Source of the DNA: Selaginella moellendorffii
Taxonomy: Eukaryota; Plantae; Lycopodiophyta
DNA: 64,000 bases
Direction of reading: 5' to 3'
Assembly: GCF_000143415.4 (NCBI RefSeq)
Contig: NW_003314275.1
Location: 1,121,955-1,185,954 of the forward strand
The notes beneath the pieces are model-generated. The model did no database searches and was not told the origin of the DNA. It saw only the letters and a list, made by a program, of their open reading frames with translations. Position 1 is the first letter of the stretch. The number at the start of each line of letters is the position of its first letter. This document shows, piece by piece, positions 49,380-62,196 of the stretch. The position numbers were made by a program, and so were the translations under genes.

Positions 49380-51939
49380 CACCGAGGGAGAGATAATGCT
49401 GTCGGGCCCCAAGAAGTGGCAAGCAGCGCGCGGTGTTTTTCGAGCTGAAAAATTCGGACGTTCTCCTATAATGTTGCTAGTAATTCTTGACAAAGATCTT
49501 GTTTTCTGGACATGAGGATTGATAAAATTAGAATTGTAAGCATATATAATTTCTTTTATCTTGAAGAGAGCCATCCAGATTGCGGCAGAAGCTGCATCCA
49601 GCGTCCACACCGTTGCGGCAGAGGAGGGTTCGCTTGCATGGACAGTGCTTGTGGTGACGATCCGGCTGCAGGGAGTAGCTTTGAGACATGCATGGTGGAG
49701 GACTAGACCCTAGAATGGGAAAGTCCTAGTTTTGTGCTTGAAATTTCTGCTAAATTTTTCCCATCTAGAAAGATTAAGCAAATATTTCCAGTTGGGAACC
49801 ACAATATGTTCGTAGGAGTGAACTGAATGTCTTGAGTTAATCTCCAGAACATTTTGGATGTGTGGTTATGAGAACTATTGAGTCTTTACACTTCAAAAGG
49901 TGGTCTACCAAGAAAAAAGAACATCTTTTAATCTTTATTTATACAAATAACTGACATTACAATCATCATTCTAAGATCAATTCAACCTATATATATATAC
50001 CTTTTTTGAAAGAAAAAAAAGAAGTGAAATCTCACTATGATAAGCTTCTCTTATATCTCCAAACCAGTCTTTGCTACTTTGAGAGCATCCTTCATGATAA
50101 ATCTCACTATGATAAAAAATAATATCATTCATGTTATATTGCACACACTTCATTGTTGAGGATACAAAATCAATGCATCAGTACCTAGACAGCTCCAAAA
50201 GCCTATAGTAAGTCATCATGAAAAGCTAATAATTAAGAAATAAATAATTAACACTTATTATGCATATATATAGTGATTTCTTGTAGCATATGTGGTTTTC
50301 ACATAGGATAACCACAAAGCATAACTTAAACTTTCCATGTACCACATGTTATATGCCACATGCCATATGTTATATGTTTAAGAATAGTGGAGCAAAATCT
50401 AAATTTCAGGGCTTTGGGCTAATGAATGAAGGAATAGAGTTAAACTCTTAAGTATGGAGCCATAGAGTGATAGAACTAAAGCATATAATGACTTTTGAGC
50501 ATATAACTTAAAGAGCAAAAGGATAAAAGCATGGAATGACTTGGAATGGTTTTAGAGCATTTAACATTTCAATGCCAAAACTAATACAAAAAATGGAGCC
50601 AAAAAGAATCTAATGCTATTTAAATATACTACTGCCGCTCTGCCGCCCCCCGCCCCCCCCCCCCCCCTTCCCCTTCCCCTTCTCTTAGGAATGCATGCTT
50701 TTGGCTTTTATAGGGCTAACTCAAACCTTACTAATACGGAATAGCACTAAATTGTGAATTTGGGCATTGTGTTTAGGACAATCTTTATATTCTATAGATA
50801 TACCAAATTAACAAATCTAGACACTTTCCATAAATAGCAATTAGGACTAAACAGAATTAATACAAGATGCATGATTGTTTGGTAGACACGATAAGTTATC
50901 ACCTGGCAAATATTGAAAGACCAAGCTCAATATCACAGGGGTTCCCAACACTAGCAAGTGCATGCCAATATATGTGTTAGAAGCATTATAGTTAGTCATA
51001 AGCAATGCTCTTAGACATTGCAATGCATAACTAACTTGAGTGGGAGCTTCAATGCTCTTAGACATTAGAAGTCATAACTAACTAGAAGACATATGTGTGT
51101 ATGGTGTCCCATTTGAGTATTATATGGCCCATTGGTTTTCGCCCCTTTCTAGGGGCTTGGATTTGCCCTTTGGGATAAAAGTGGGGAATTGAGGTACCCA
51201 TACTAGGCTATTAAGGCATAATATTTCCCCCTAGTGTCTTTGATAAAGAGGTGTTGCTCCTTATCACAAGTGTTTGATGATGAATAATAATAGAGGGAAT
51301 AAATATGAAAATATCTGAAAAAAACTCAATCCAAATAATGTGCTTAAAGGGGTTTGTTGTTTGCAATTGGGCAATTGCAAAGGGTATAACTACTAGTGTT
51401 AAAAGCCAATCACTAGTACTTTAACTATATCATCAACAAGGTTTCAACTTTCTCAAGGATTTTATTTATAATACACTACACACTATTGCTTTTAAGGTTT
51501 TTAAAAAGACAAATGACTTGCTTTAAGAATAGGTAAAAGTTATATTTCTTGAAACATGGGTTCAAGAACTCTTCTTCGGTTTATTGTCTCTAGAGAAATA
51601 TAAGAGATCTCTTGATGCTGTAATAATATATGCATCACTTAGCATTATTGAGATTCATAAATGTGATTGTAAGTATTGAAAATTATTTGTTAGCAATTCC
51701 TTTTGGATATCTTCTTTTACTACTATGACATATGGGCATTTTAAGTGTACTTAAACTAGATGGAATTCCTACATATTCTTAGCTAAACATACTTAGCTTA
51801 GTAAAGAGTTCATATCTTGTTATATCTTGCACTAACTAGTAATAACAACCCTTATATATTAAACATTAGTCCCTTAATATCACTACATAATAACTTACTA
51901 TATCTACCAAACATCCTCACTATCATGTCTTATGTGTTA

Positions 51940-52444
51940 TGTAAACTCTTGAATATGGACTTTCACCCAACCCAATGCTAATTAAACCTAACCCCAAATA
52001 TCTAAGACCTTTAACCAATTGGAAAAAAGAATGCATTTTTGTTCATAGACCTTTTCCCTTTATATTTGAACCTTTCTATATCATCTTTCAAGTTATTTTT
52101 TTTAATTTTTTATAATCCACTATGTCTAAGAGCTATAGCTTTTTTGAAAGCCTCACTCTGTGGACACCCTACCCCTCGGGTTGAGCCCAATTAAATTAAA
52201 CTGGATTATTAGATGTTAATTTTAATATATAGTGTGATTCCCTTCACCAATTAACAGAGTCAAACTCAAAACCCCTCTAATACCAAATATAAGTTTTTGA
52301 ATTTGGACTTTCCTAAAAGTCACCCAACGTAGTATTATTCAAACCCAATAACACTTAACCCTAAGTATCTCAAGACCCTTAATTAATTGGTGTATTTGAA
52401 CCTCTATAGATCATCTCTCAAATCATTCTTTTTACTTTCTTATA
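51940..52444 (-). mobile_element. Old, heavily mutated full-length Cassandra-type TRIM
   Basis: Two LTR remnants (~51940-52113, ~52288-52444). The internal domain matches 3240-3378 (CCCCTCGGGT.GAGCCCA; PBS remnant CTCTAATACCA). Degenerate TSD TGTTA/TATTA. Confidence 0.8.
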
Positions 52445-52499
52445 TATTAGTCTTATTTAGTGCTATTGGCTATTTATGAAAGGCATCTAGATCTGTTAG

Positions 52500-55400
52500 T
52501 GATGTCTAAATTCATAATATAGTATCATTTTATATTTAGTAAGTTTTGTGATTATCCTATAGACTAAATGGTAGAACATACATTCAAGATAAAAAGTATA
52601 GTGTTATAGCCAAGTGATCCTAAATGGGATCCTCTAAATGATCTTTTTAAAAATCCTAAGTAATATAAGATGTTTTGCACCATTTATCTCTTTGTGATAG
52701 AAGTTGTAATCAAAGTTCCAAATGTAGGTGAGATTTGAGTTCTAGACAAGGTTCCTTTATTTTGAGCTTTAATAATTTGGATGTGTAATTTCAAACTTCT
52801 TTAAAACATAATAAAGTGATGTTTAATATTTTTTCAAATCTTTCAAATCTCAAAATGACTAGTGGGGATAAAAATAATTCTTTTAGCAATTGGAACAAGG
52901 AGGAAGTCTACCTTAAGCCATTAAATTAAAACTTTCTTGAACATTATAAGCAAGTAATCTTTATGTTATAGAGTATGAAGAGAAAGAGAAGTTAAAAGAT
53001 AGTTTTATAGTAGTAGTGAATTTATTTTGTTGAAGCTCAAGTTTTCATTTGAAATAAAATCAATGATATGGCTTAATCCAAGCTAATCCAAAAAAAACAT
53101 AGATCAATTTAACCATTGCTCTTTTAAGGTATTTCCCTTATCCTTGCATAAAGAAACTCTTCTATAGCTAGTAAAGCACAAGATTGAATAATGACAGAAA
53201 TGAGATAATGCTCTTTGTAGGAAAGGGTCTTTCTACTTTTTCATAATTATTAAAGAAAGTGTTTTACCTTCCTTCTAGATTTTATAGCAGTAAATGGGTT
53301 CTAAATATGTAGTTTAACATGGTGGGGAACATGCATCAAATAAATATAGGTAATTGAGATGAGGTTAATAAAATCTTCTTTAACTTTCTAGATGTTTGAT
53401 GATACTTTTCTATGTTGAATTGAGAATCACTTTTACATATATTATAGTGATATAGACCATTCTTAGGAGCAATGTCTTCATCTTTGCACTTGTATTCATT
53501 CTCATGTAGTAGATGTGGTTTTGGAAAATAAAAGCACCCAGTTTAATTAGGGGTTATTTAATTAAAAAATTAATATTCTCTTCCTCATTTTAGCTTTATT
53601 CCTTTATGAATCTCTATATTCCACATCAATACTCACTTTCAATCCACTTTCTTTTTCAATTTTAGATAATAATGGTATCAGTGCAAACTTCATCAATCTA
53701 AAGTTTGCACTTTCTCATAGTAGTCTCCTTTGATTAAAACAACATCTAATTTATGCTAAGTGGTGGACAATTAACAAATTTTCTATATAGATATAGTAGT
53801 ATTTAAGATTCATTTCAACATCATCTTTAATATTGTCTTCATTCTAAAGACCATCACTTTTAGTTTTCCTTAGTTTAACCTCATGAACTTAATAGTGGAT
53901 TGAAAGTAATATGATGTTAATTGGATAATTCTCCCCTTCTTTAAGTCTTTTTCTCCAAATTGCTCACATTTTTTTGTATGAGTTATAAGATGTTTGCTAT
54001 TTGAATCATGATTTCATTTTTGCAATTGCTATTCATCTAACATTAATTATATCTATCAATATCAGATGCACTCTTCCCTCCAAATATACCTACTTTGAGG
54101 ATACTTTCAAAAAGAGAAGTAATATCTTGTCATTGCATTGATTTTATGATTGTCCTATTAATCTTGTAGAAGGTTTTATCTACAATCTTTCATTAGCAAA
54201 GTTAAAGGCATTATATAGAGTTTTTTAAAAATGTTTTATTTAGCATTCTTAACTTTCAATTGGTACATATATCTTTTTTCTGTCAAAAAAGGATGAGTCT
54301 TTTCATTTAGTGATTCACTATAACAATATGAACAAAGTTATGATTCTTAATTAATATTCACCTCCATTGATCTTTGAGATGTTAAAGTGGCTTTCAAAAA
54401 CTCAATTTTTCATAAAAATTGACATATGTGATGTTTATAACTTTATCTACATTTGGAAAGGTAATGAGTAGAAAACAACCTTTTATACTCATTCTACTTC
54501 AAATAACAATAATACCTTTTGCTTTGACTAATACCTTTATTGTTTTCTTAGAGCAAGATTTCAATAAGCCACACTAGGTATCTAAGTAAATAGTGTTATC
54601 CACACTTAAATTGAAAGCATTGACTATTTAATCTCTTGAGGGAGCTAAAGTTGGCTTTTGAACACTTTACCAAGTTACCTCACTTGTCTATTCATGTTCC
54701 TTTTAGCCTTAGACTCCTCAATGATTATATCATCACCCACTATGTAGGCATAACTTTTTTGGGTCACACTAGCCTTTCTTAGCCAAATTAATTGAACTAG
54801 AGTCCAACCTCCACACTCTCCCTACTATACTTTTGGAACCCCTTGCAACCCCTGCCCCCCCCCCTTGGGGGATGATTGTTTTGGACTTCCACCTTACAAT
54901 CTATATTAGTATTTGGATTTGGTCTTGAACTTGGACTTGGATTTGGACTTGGATTCAATCTTGGTCTTGATCTCGGTTTCGGTCCTTAACTCCATCTTGG
55001 ACTCCATCTCAGACTCATTTTCGAACTCCATCTCAGACTCCTTCTTGAAGTCAGTCCCAACACTTCCATATGTCATAACATTTGCCATATGTTGGTCTAT
55101 CTTGTATCCTTTTCTAAAGACTTGTTCATTGATCATTTCGTTCTTGTTTCTTAAGCATTTATTTAGGTATTCCACTCTTGCTCTCGACTTTCCGAGTTAG
55201 AACTTTTAGTCCAAACATATTAAACTCATTGGACTTCTAATTCAACCACTACCATATGGCATTCTTTTGGCTCCACTTTGGGGCCTAAGGATTTCTATTT
55301 CATAGAAAGATGTTATTCATCATATAGCTACATGGATAGGGCATTTAAAGGCGGAAGGTGGGGAGAGTACTTATAATGCTCATGTTGGGTTGCAATGTTT

Positions 55401-56400
55401 CGAAATATCATCCCAAAGTCTCAGACTATGGAAAAAAAGAAGACTTTTATATCATGACCAAGGATATAGTCATGTGGCAAGGAAGTCTTAAATATCAATG
55501 GGACTTAGTAGTCGGGCCTTTGGGCCCTAATTTAGTGGCAGTGTTAGCAAGCACAACCATGGACAAAAAAAGACTTAATAAGGATTAAAAAAGGGATATT
55601 GAGGAAAGATATTCCTTATGTTTCTAGGCATTCTAAAGATGTTATCTTATCATAAGAGGGATCAAATATTATACATCACCTAATTATATTTCACTCTTAA
55701 AAGGATACAACTACAAAAATTAATTAGAAAATCTTCAACAAAGAACTACTTACAATTATAAAAAAAATTTAAGTTTAGTGTTATTTTTTTGAAAATTCTC
55801 CCTATGTAACTACTATCTATAATGATCATAAAAACCTTCAGTTTTGGTTTTTTACACATGTCCTCAATTGGTGTCAAGCTTAATGGTCATAATCATTATC
55901 CCCTTTTAATTTATGATTATATATTACACAATGCTCTTACTCGATCTCACACCCTCATTTAGAAATTTTACATTTGATCTTTAACATCAAACTCTCCTTA
56001 TCAGTAATAAAGGGCTTTAGTTTATTTCTACCTTTTGGGATTAATATCTTTCCTTCATTCAAGGAAGTTATAAACTACTATATTTAGACTGATGGGTTAT
56101 ACTATTCAAACTTTTGAGCAATATCTTTGATGCTATATTTCCTATTAACAAAATGATTGAGTTGATTCACTTCTTTCTACTAAATTTGCTTATAATAATT
56201 TTTAGCATTCTTTAATGCTTCACTCTTCATTCTTTGTTAATTATAGCTTTCATTATCATCGATTATTTTTATTTCCTCTAGCATTTTATCTCATATTGAT
56301 TTTATTACTGCTCTTGTTGTTGCTTTAAATTCTTTTCATCACTATCACCTTTTTCATACCCAAACTTCTCATCACTATATTACTAATTATTCTTGCCAAC
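52500..56400 (+). mobile_element. Highly decayed Ty3/gypsy remnants
   Basis: RT remnant KKDESFHLVIHYNNMNKV at ~54285 and RNase H remnant IYNDHKNL at ~55815. AT-rich and stop-ridden. Confidence 0.6.
54547..55640. mobile_element. Decayed LTR of the 27287 family: 5' part inverted (54547-55304, minus), continuation on plus (55326-55640)
   Basis: The minus-strand part matches the LTR start through CTCGCTCTAAG, including a short minisatellite. The plus-strand part resumes at the next LTR position (CATGG.TAGGGCAT.TAA.GGC.GAAGG). Confidence 0.75.
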
Positions 56401-57358
56401 TTAATCCTTATCTTCAAAGTTGGATCAGATTATCAACATGTAATTGCCAACAATAACCTTTACAGGAAGTGGTTGTGAAATATAAGTGGGCTCACAAAAA
56501 GTGTGATAAGTATTTTTAATTTTACCTTTAATGTTATGGCAAAATCTAGATTTTTGTACAAAATGTTTTTTCAACTAGCCTATCTCCATGCCAACCTTGG
56601 TTTCCATAAAAAAATCAAAATGATGTTTTGGCAGCCAATGGAATGCTTTCCTTGCTATTGGACAAGGCTAGGAAAGACATAAATGCGAGAAGTTGTGCTC
56701 CCCTGGTTTGTGTGAGAGCGGCATTGCAGGGGGAATGTAGACACGTTAACACAATGAAATTCAAGGGGAGATTTGCAGATTCGCTCAACACCTCGTGGAT
56801 AAAGCCTGGTGTAGAGAAGCTACATGGTGGCACAGCCGATGGTGGTCCAATAACTTTCAGCTGGTTTCATGCGAGTCAGAGTCAGAAAGTCACGAGGGAA
56901 CAGGTACAAGGGTGTCTGCTCAGTGGGTTACTTTCTTTCGATGGAGAAGCGATGATAGTGTACTCACGATAAATTCTTCATGTTTCTTAATTCTTTTGAA
57001 CGCCATTACTAACAAAATGGCACAGGGTCCTGTAGTAGAACTGGAGCATGGTGGAGATGTGTGATTCCCAGCTTCAGGAGTAGATATAGTAGACTTTTCT
57101 TTTGCAAAGTCACTGAATGTTTCATTTTTTTTTCCAGGTGTGACCCATCCCTCCCGCTAACCAGGAGGAACTAGAACGGTCCGAGCTCTCAGCTCTATAG
57201 ATTTGCCATCCAGTACGGCTTGACACATTCAAGAACAAGTATAAAAAGCTAATATGCATCAGGTACAGCTGCTGCTGCTCAGCTGAGGGAAGCTCAAAAA
57301 AAATGTAGCAAAACAAAAATGACTTAAAATGTAGCAAACAAAAAAAAAAGAATTTATT

Positions 57359-60300
57359 TTATGCTAGAGCAGCAACTTCGTGTTGAGAGGGCGACCATGT
57401 TTTCATGGCCAACTGCCCGGCCTCACTCGTGATGAGCACCGTGTCCTCCTCCTTGAAGTCGCCCCTCAAAATCCCTTTGGCCAGCTCGTTGGTCACGTAC
57501 TGCTGGATCACTCGCTTCACCGGCCTGGCGCCATAGTTTGGATCATATCCAAGCTTGGCAAACACCTGCACCGCATCGTCCGTGATCTTCAAAGAGATCT
57601 TGCGGTGTTGGAGTCTCTTCTCCACGTTTTGCAGCTAGAGAAAAAAAGCCAAAGATCATAAACTGCCTGATCGCAACAACACAACTTACCTGGAGCTTGA
57701 CGATGTTTTGGATCTGATCCACGTCCAGGGGCTGGAACACGATGAACTCGTCCACCCTGTTCATGAACTCTGGCCGGAAGGTGGAGCGAGCCACTTCCAT
57801 CACCGTCTCCTTCATCGCCTGATATGCCGCCTTCTTGTTGCCCGACGATTTGAGAGCGTCGAGGATGTGCTGCGAGCCGAGGTTGGACGTCATGATCACA
57901 ACCGTGTTGGTGAAGTTCACTGTCCGGCCCTGGGAGTCCGTCACGCGGCCATCGTCGAGTATCTGGAGGAAGATGTTGAAAACGTCCCCGTGAGCCTTTT
58001 CGATCTCGTCGAAGAGAACCACCGAGTAAGGCCGCCGGCGGACGCTCTCGGTCAGCTGCCCGCCTTCTTCGTATCCCACGTATCCCGGAGGTGCGCCAAT
58101 GAGCCGGGACACGGCATGTTTCTCCATGTACTCGCTCATGTCGAATCTCAGCAGCGCTTTGTCCGTGTCGAACAGGTACTCGGCTAGAGCTTTGGCCAGC
58201 TCCGTTTTCCCGACTCCAGTCGGTCCCATAAACATGAAGCTGGCGATAGGACGGTTTGGATCCGATAGTCCAGCCCTGGAACGTCGTATAGCATCGGCCA
58301 CGGCTTTCACTGCGGGGTCTTGGCCGATCAGGCGCTTGTGCAAGTGATCGTCGAGTTGGAGCAGCTTCTCCATCTCGGACTGGAGCAGCCTCGAGACTGG
58401 AATTTTTGTCCACTTGCTGACTATCTCGGCGATGTCGTCGGCAGTGATCTCCTCTCGCAGCATTGTTTTCTCGGACTTTCTGTACGTTGCAAGCTCGCCC
58501 TCGGTCTCTTTAAGTTGCTTTTGCAAGTTGATGAGGACGCCGTATTTGAGCTCGGCAGCTCTGTTAAGGTCGTAGTCTCTCTCGGCCTGTTGGATTTCGA
58601 GATTGACACGATCAATCTGCCAAGCACAAGCACAAGTTTGATTCCTGTTTTACGGTAAAAAAAATGAGGAAAACATGTGTACCTCTTCTTTGCACGAGTT
58701 GATGCGTGTCATGATCGACTTTTCCATCTCCCATTGCTGCTGCAATGCCTTTTGCTTCTCTTTGAGAGATGCTAGCTCTGCTTCTAGCTTCTGCAGCCTC
58801 TCACGGGATGCTTTATCATTGTCGTGCTCAAGAGACAACCGCTCCATCTCCAGCTTGATGATAGCCCGATCAATCTCGTCTAGAGCAGTCGGTTTCGACG
58901 TCCTCTCCATCTTTAGCTTTGCGGCGGCCTCGTCAACAAGATCAATGGCTATGGTACAGGTAAAAAATAAGTAATCCAGGAGATGAGTTACGAAATTGAT
59001 ATACCTTTGTCGGGTAAGAAACGGTCGCTGATATAACGAGAGGAAAGCAGAGCAGCCTCAACTAAAGCGTTGTCTGAGATTTTTACTCCGTGGTGAAGCT
59101 CGTATTTCTCTCGCAAACCACGAAGAATGGATATCGTATCTTCCACGGCGGGCTCGGGGACATAAACTTGCTGGAATCGTCTTTCCAGAGCTGCATCCTT
59201 CTCAAGATACTTGCGATATTCCTTAATTGTCGTGGCACCAATGCACCTCAATTCACCACGGCCCAGCATTGGCTTTAGCAAGTTGCCAGCATCCATTGCT
59301 CCCGAGGTCGCACCTAAAAAAAACAGGAGTACCATGTATGCAGTCGTAAATGCAAAGTTGCAGACACAAATTACCTGCACCGACGACCATGTGGATTTCA
59401 TCGATGAAAAGAACAATGTACCCCTCCGACTCCTTCACTTCTTTCAGAACAGCTTTCAATCGGTCTTCAAATTCTCCTTGAAACTTCGCTCCTGCGATCA
59501 ACGCTCCTAAGTCCAGTGATATCAGCTGCATTTGAACAATGGTAAAATGAAATAATGGTTCTGCTAGCGGCATAAACATACCTTCCGGTTGGCAAGGGCC
59601 TCGGGTACGTCTCCTTGAACTATACGCTGAGCAAGACTGGAAAGAATGGCAGGAAGTCAAAAAGAAGCAAACAAACGACTTCCATACCCTTCTGCTATAG
59701 CAGTCTTGCCTACACCAGGCTCTCCAATCACCACAGGATTGTTCTTGGTTCGCCGGCACAATATTTGAATGCACCGTCGAATTTCGTCATCGCGACCAAT
59801 AACCGGATCAAGCTTTCCCTGGCGGGCCATCTCCGTCAAATCCACTCCAAATTTCTCTAATGCCTCGTACTTGTTTTCAGGGGCTGGAACAGGAAACAAA
59901 CAACGAGAGTGTTGAAACAATTTACAAAGAAAACAACGAACCTTGATCAGTAACCTTCTGTGACCCTCGGATGGCATTGATCGCATCTTTAGTAGCCTTG
60001 GCATTGAGACCGAACTGCCCAAACAGCTCCTTCCCAATGCGAATGTCTTCCGCGAGTGCAAGAACTAAATGCTCGATTGACGTGTAAGTATCTCCAAAAT
60101 CGTCCATGTGAACCTTGGCTCGATCAAGCAAGGTTTCAAGACTCTGGCCGACCATAGCACCGGATATGTTTCCTGTCACCTACATCCGAAGGAAATAAGA
60201 ATGTCTGCATGTAGAGAAGGAAAAACTCGTCCGAGGTAAATACCTTGGGCTGCCGCTCAATGTATCGCTCAGTAGCTTGCAAAAGAGCCGAATTATCAAT

Positions 60301-60791
60301 CCCGGCCTTGGTGAAAATCCTTCGAGCAAGCCCATTCTTTTGCTCCAGCAAAGCCTTGAGAAGATGCTCGGTTTCCACAACCTGTTGTCTGCTAGTTTGC
60401 GCCACTTCCACGGCCGAAACCACAGCTTGCCAAGCCATGTTTGTGAAATCCTTGGCAGAAAGCTGCTAAGAAAGAAAGAGAAGAAACTCTTAAGAGAACT
60501 AAGAAAGAGAACACTCACAGTGACCGGCGATTCCAAGCGTGAGGTGCCATGGAAACCTCGCCTGTGATCCAGCGACCATAGGACGCCTCGCCGGTAGAGA
60601 CTGTCAGACCAGAATCGGGAGGAAACCCTGTGCGCGGCAATACCTCTCCCGAAATCATCTACCTCTGCAATCGATCCTGTGTGATTTCTAGAGCTAATTG
60701 ACACCAGATTTCGCGAGGCGCCAATACATCGAGCCTGTGGCAGCAGCTCCTCAGCCGCTCGCAGCGCTCGCCCGAGCGCTCGTCCCTGCAT
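57359..60791 (-). CDS. CLPB: Chaperone ClpB/Hsp100, organellar (probably mitochondrial, ClpB4-like), multi-exon
   Basis: Clp-N domain ([11 protein letters not shown]). Walker A GEPGVGKT and GPTGVGKT, Walker B LFIDEIH and LFDEIEK. Middle coiled-coil domain, [10 protein letters not shown], and an Arg/Ser-rich presequence. Confidence 0.95.
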
Positions 60792-60870
60792 TGCCAAAAC
60801 CCTAAACTCTCATCACAAGGTGGAGTAGCTAGCAAGAAAATGCTAGAGGTTTCTGGAGGGTTTTACACGT

Positions 60871-60880
60871 AGAATATTCT
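60871..60880. promoter_or_regulatory. Candidate heat-shock element upstream of ClpB
   Basis: AGAATATTCT (nGAAnnTTCn) ~80 bp upstream of the ATG. Only two perfect pentamers. Confidence 0.35.
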
Positions 60881-61227
60881 CTTAAATTAACTCAAGAAAT
60901 TACAGAGATAAAAAATGTTCCAATCGATTCAATCGAGCGATTTAACTGCATCGATCTTTTCATCGATCGCAATTCGGGAAAATTTACAGAGATGGAGAAA
61001 TTCGCTTCGGCAACGTTGTTTCAATCGATTCAAGCGATTTTACTGCATCGATCTTCACTTGTGACAACAAAAAAACAAACGAGAAAAAGAATCACTCACC
61101 TCAAGTTCTTCTTTTCTGCTTGGAACATCGATCCAAATCTAAAGAGCTCGCAGCGGCACTGATCCTGTCATGCTAGACCGTCACGAAAATCAGTACAAAC
61201 CATCGATCGAACAAATCATTCTCACCT

Positions 61228-61709
61228 TCAATAGTCCCACTCACGATAAAACGCTATGGCAAACTCCTGTTCACGAAACTTGGCTTCCTCCACGGCAACT
61301 CTCTTGGCAGCCTTGGAAACGATCTTCTTCTTTGGCTTTGGCTTGGAATTCGCCTCCTCCACTGCCTGCCCTGTATCAATCTTCTTCTCTTTCTTCCTCC
61401 TCTCGGCCCCAATCCCCCGCTTATCGAGCTTCTGATGCGTTTCTAGCGGATTTAGCTGCCCTTGCTCCGCAACACCGAGTCCGGTGCCCTCTTTCCATCC
61501 CGCCTTCTTCAGGAGCTACAGACGATCAAACAAGAACAATCGATCAAACCGACCTCCAAATCCCTGCGTAAAACGCATACCTGGAATCCGATGTTAGAAT
61601 CGGAGATCCTGGCGTGCTGCCGCGAGTCCCTTCCGCTCCGCCGCTCCTTTTCTTGGAATGCCGCGCCACTGGATGTGGATTCGTCGCCGCCCCTCACGAA
61701 TCCCTCCAT
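61228..61709 (-). CDS. Small G-patch domain protein (138 aa, two coding exons; intron 61516-61580)
   Basis: Spliced product contains ISDSNIGFQLLKKAGWKEGTGLGVAEQGQLNPLETHQKLDKRGIG, followed by a basic tail ending AFYREWDY*. Confidence 0.9.
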
Positions 61710-62196
61710 GGAAATCAGAAATTAGGGTTCTTGGGGAATTTTACCAATTAGCAAAAGTTAGCTTAATTATTAAATTTAAGGATGAATATCTTTAAAACGA
61801 ATCCCAAACAGTCATTTGTTGAAATTAAGGTCCCAAGCCACAGTTCAAAATCATGTATATATCAACCTCTTCAAAAGAAACGAACTCCAAAGTCGGTTTT
61901 CATGGTTGAACACAATAGTTATAGACATATAGATGGCCTCGTCTTCTTCCAGCACTTGGCCGAGAACCAGATTTTCTTCTTTAAAATGGAGGAACAATAT
62001 CTCTAACCTTGAAGTTTTTCTTCCTTGACTTTTACGCACCTGACTAATTTCTTTCTTTGCTTTTTACTAATTATTGACTTTCCCGGCAGAATAAAAGTAT
62101 ATCCGCACATTTGAATATATCAAGACAAGAGAGGTGACAATAAAAATGACTGGGGCTTCTCTCGTCTTTCATGCAGTCCGGGATCAGAAAAAAAAA

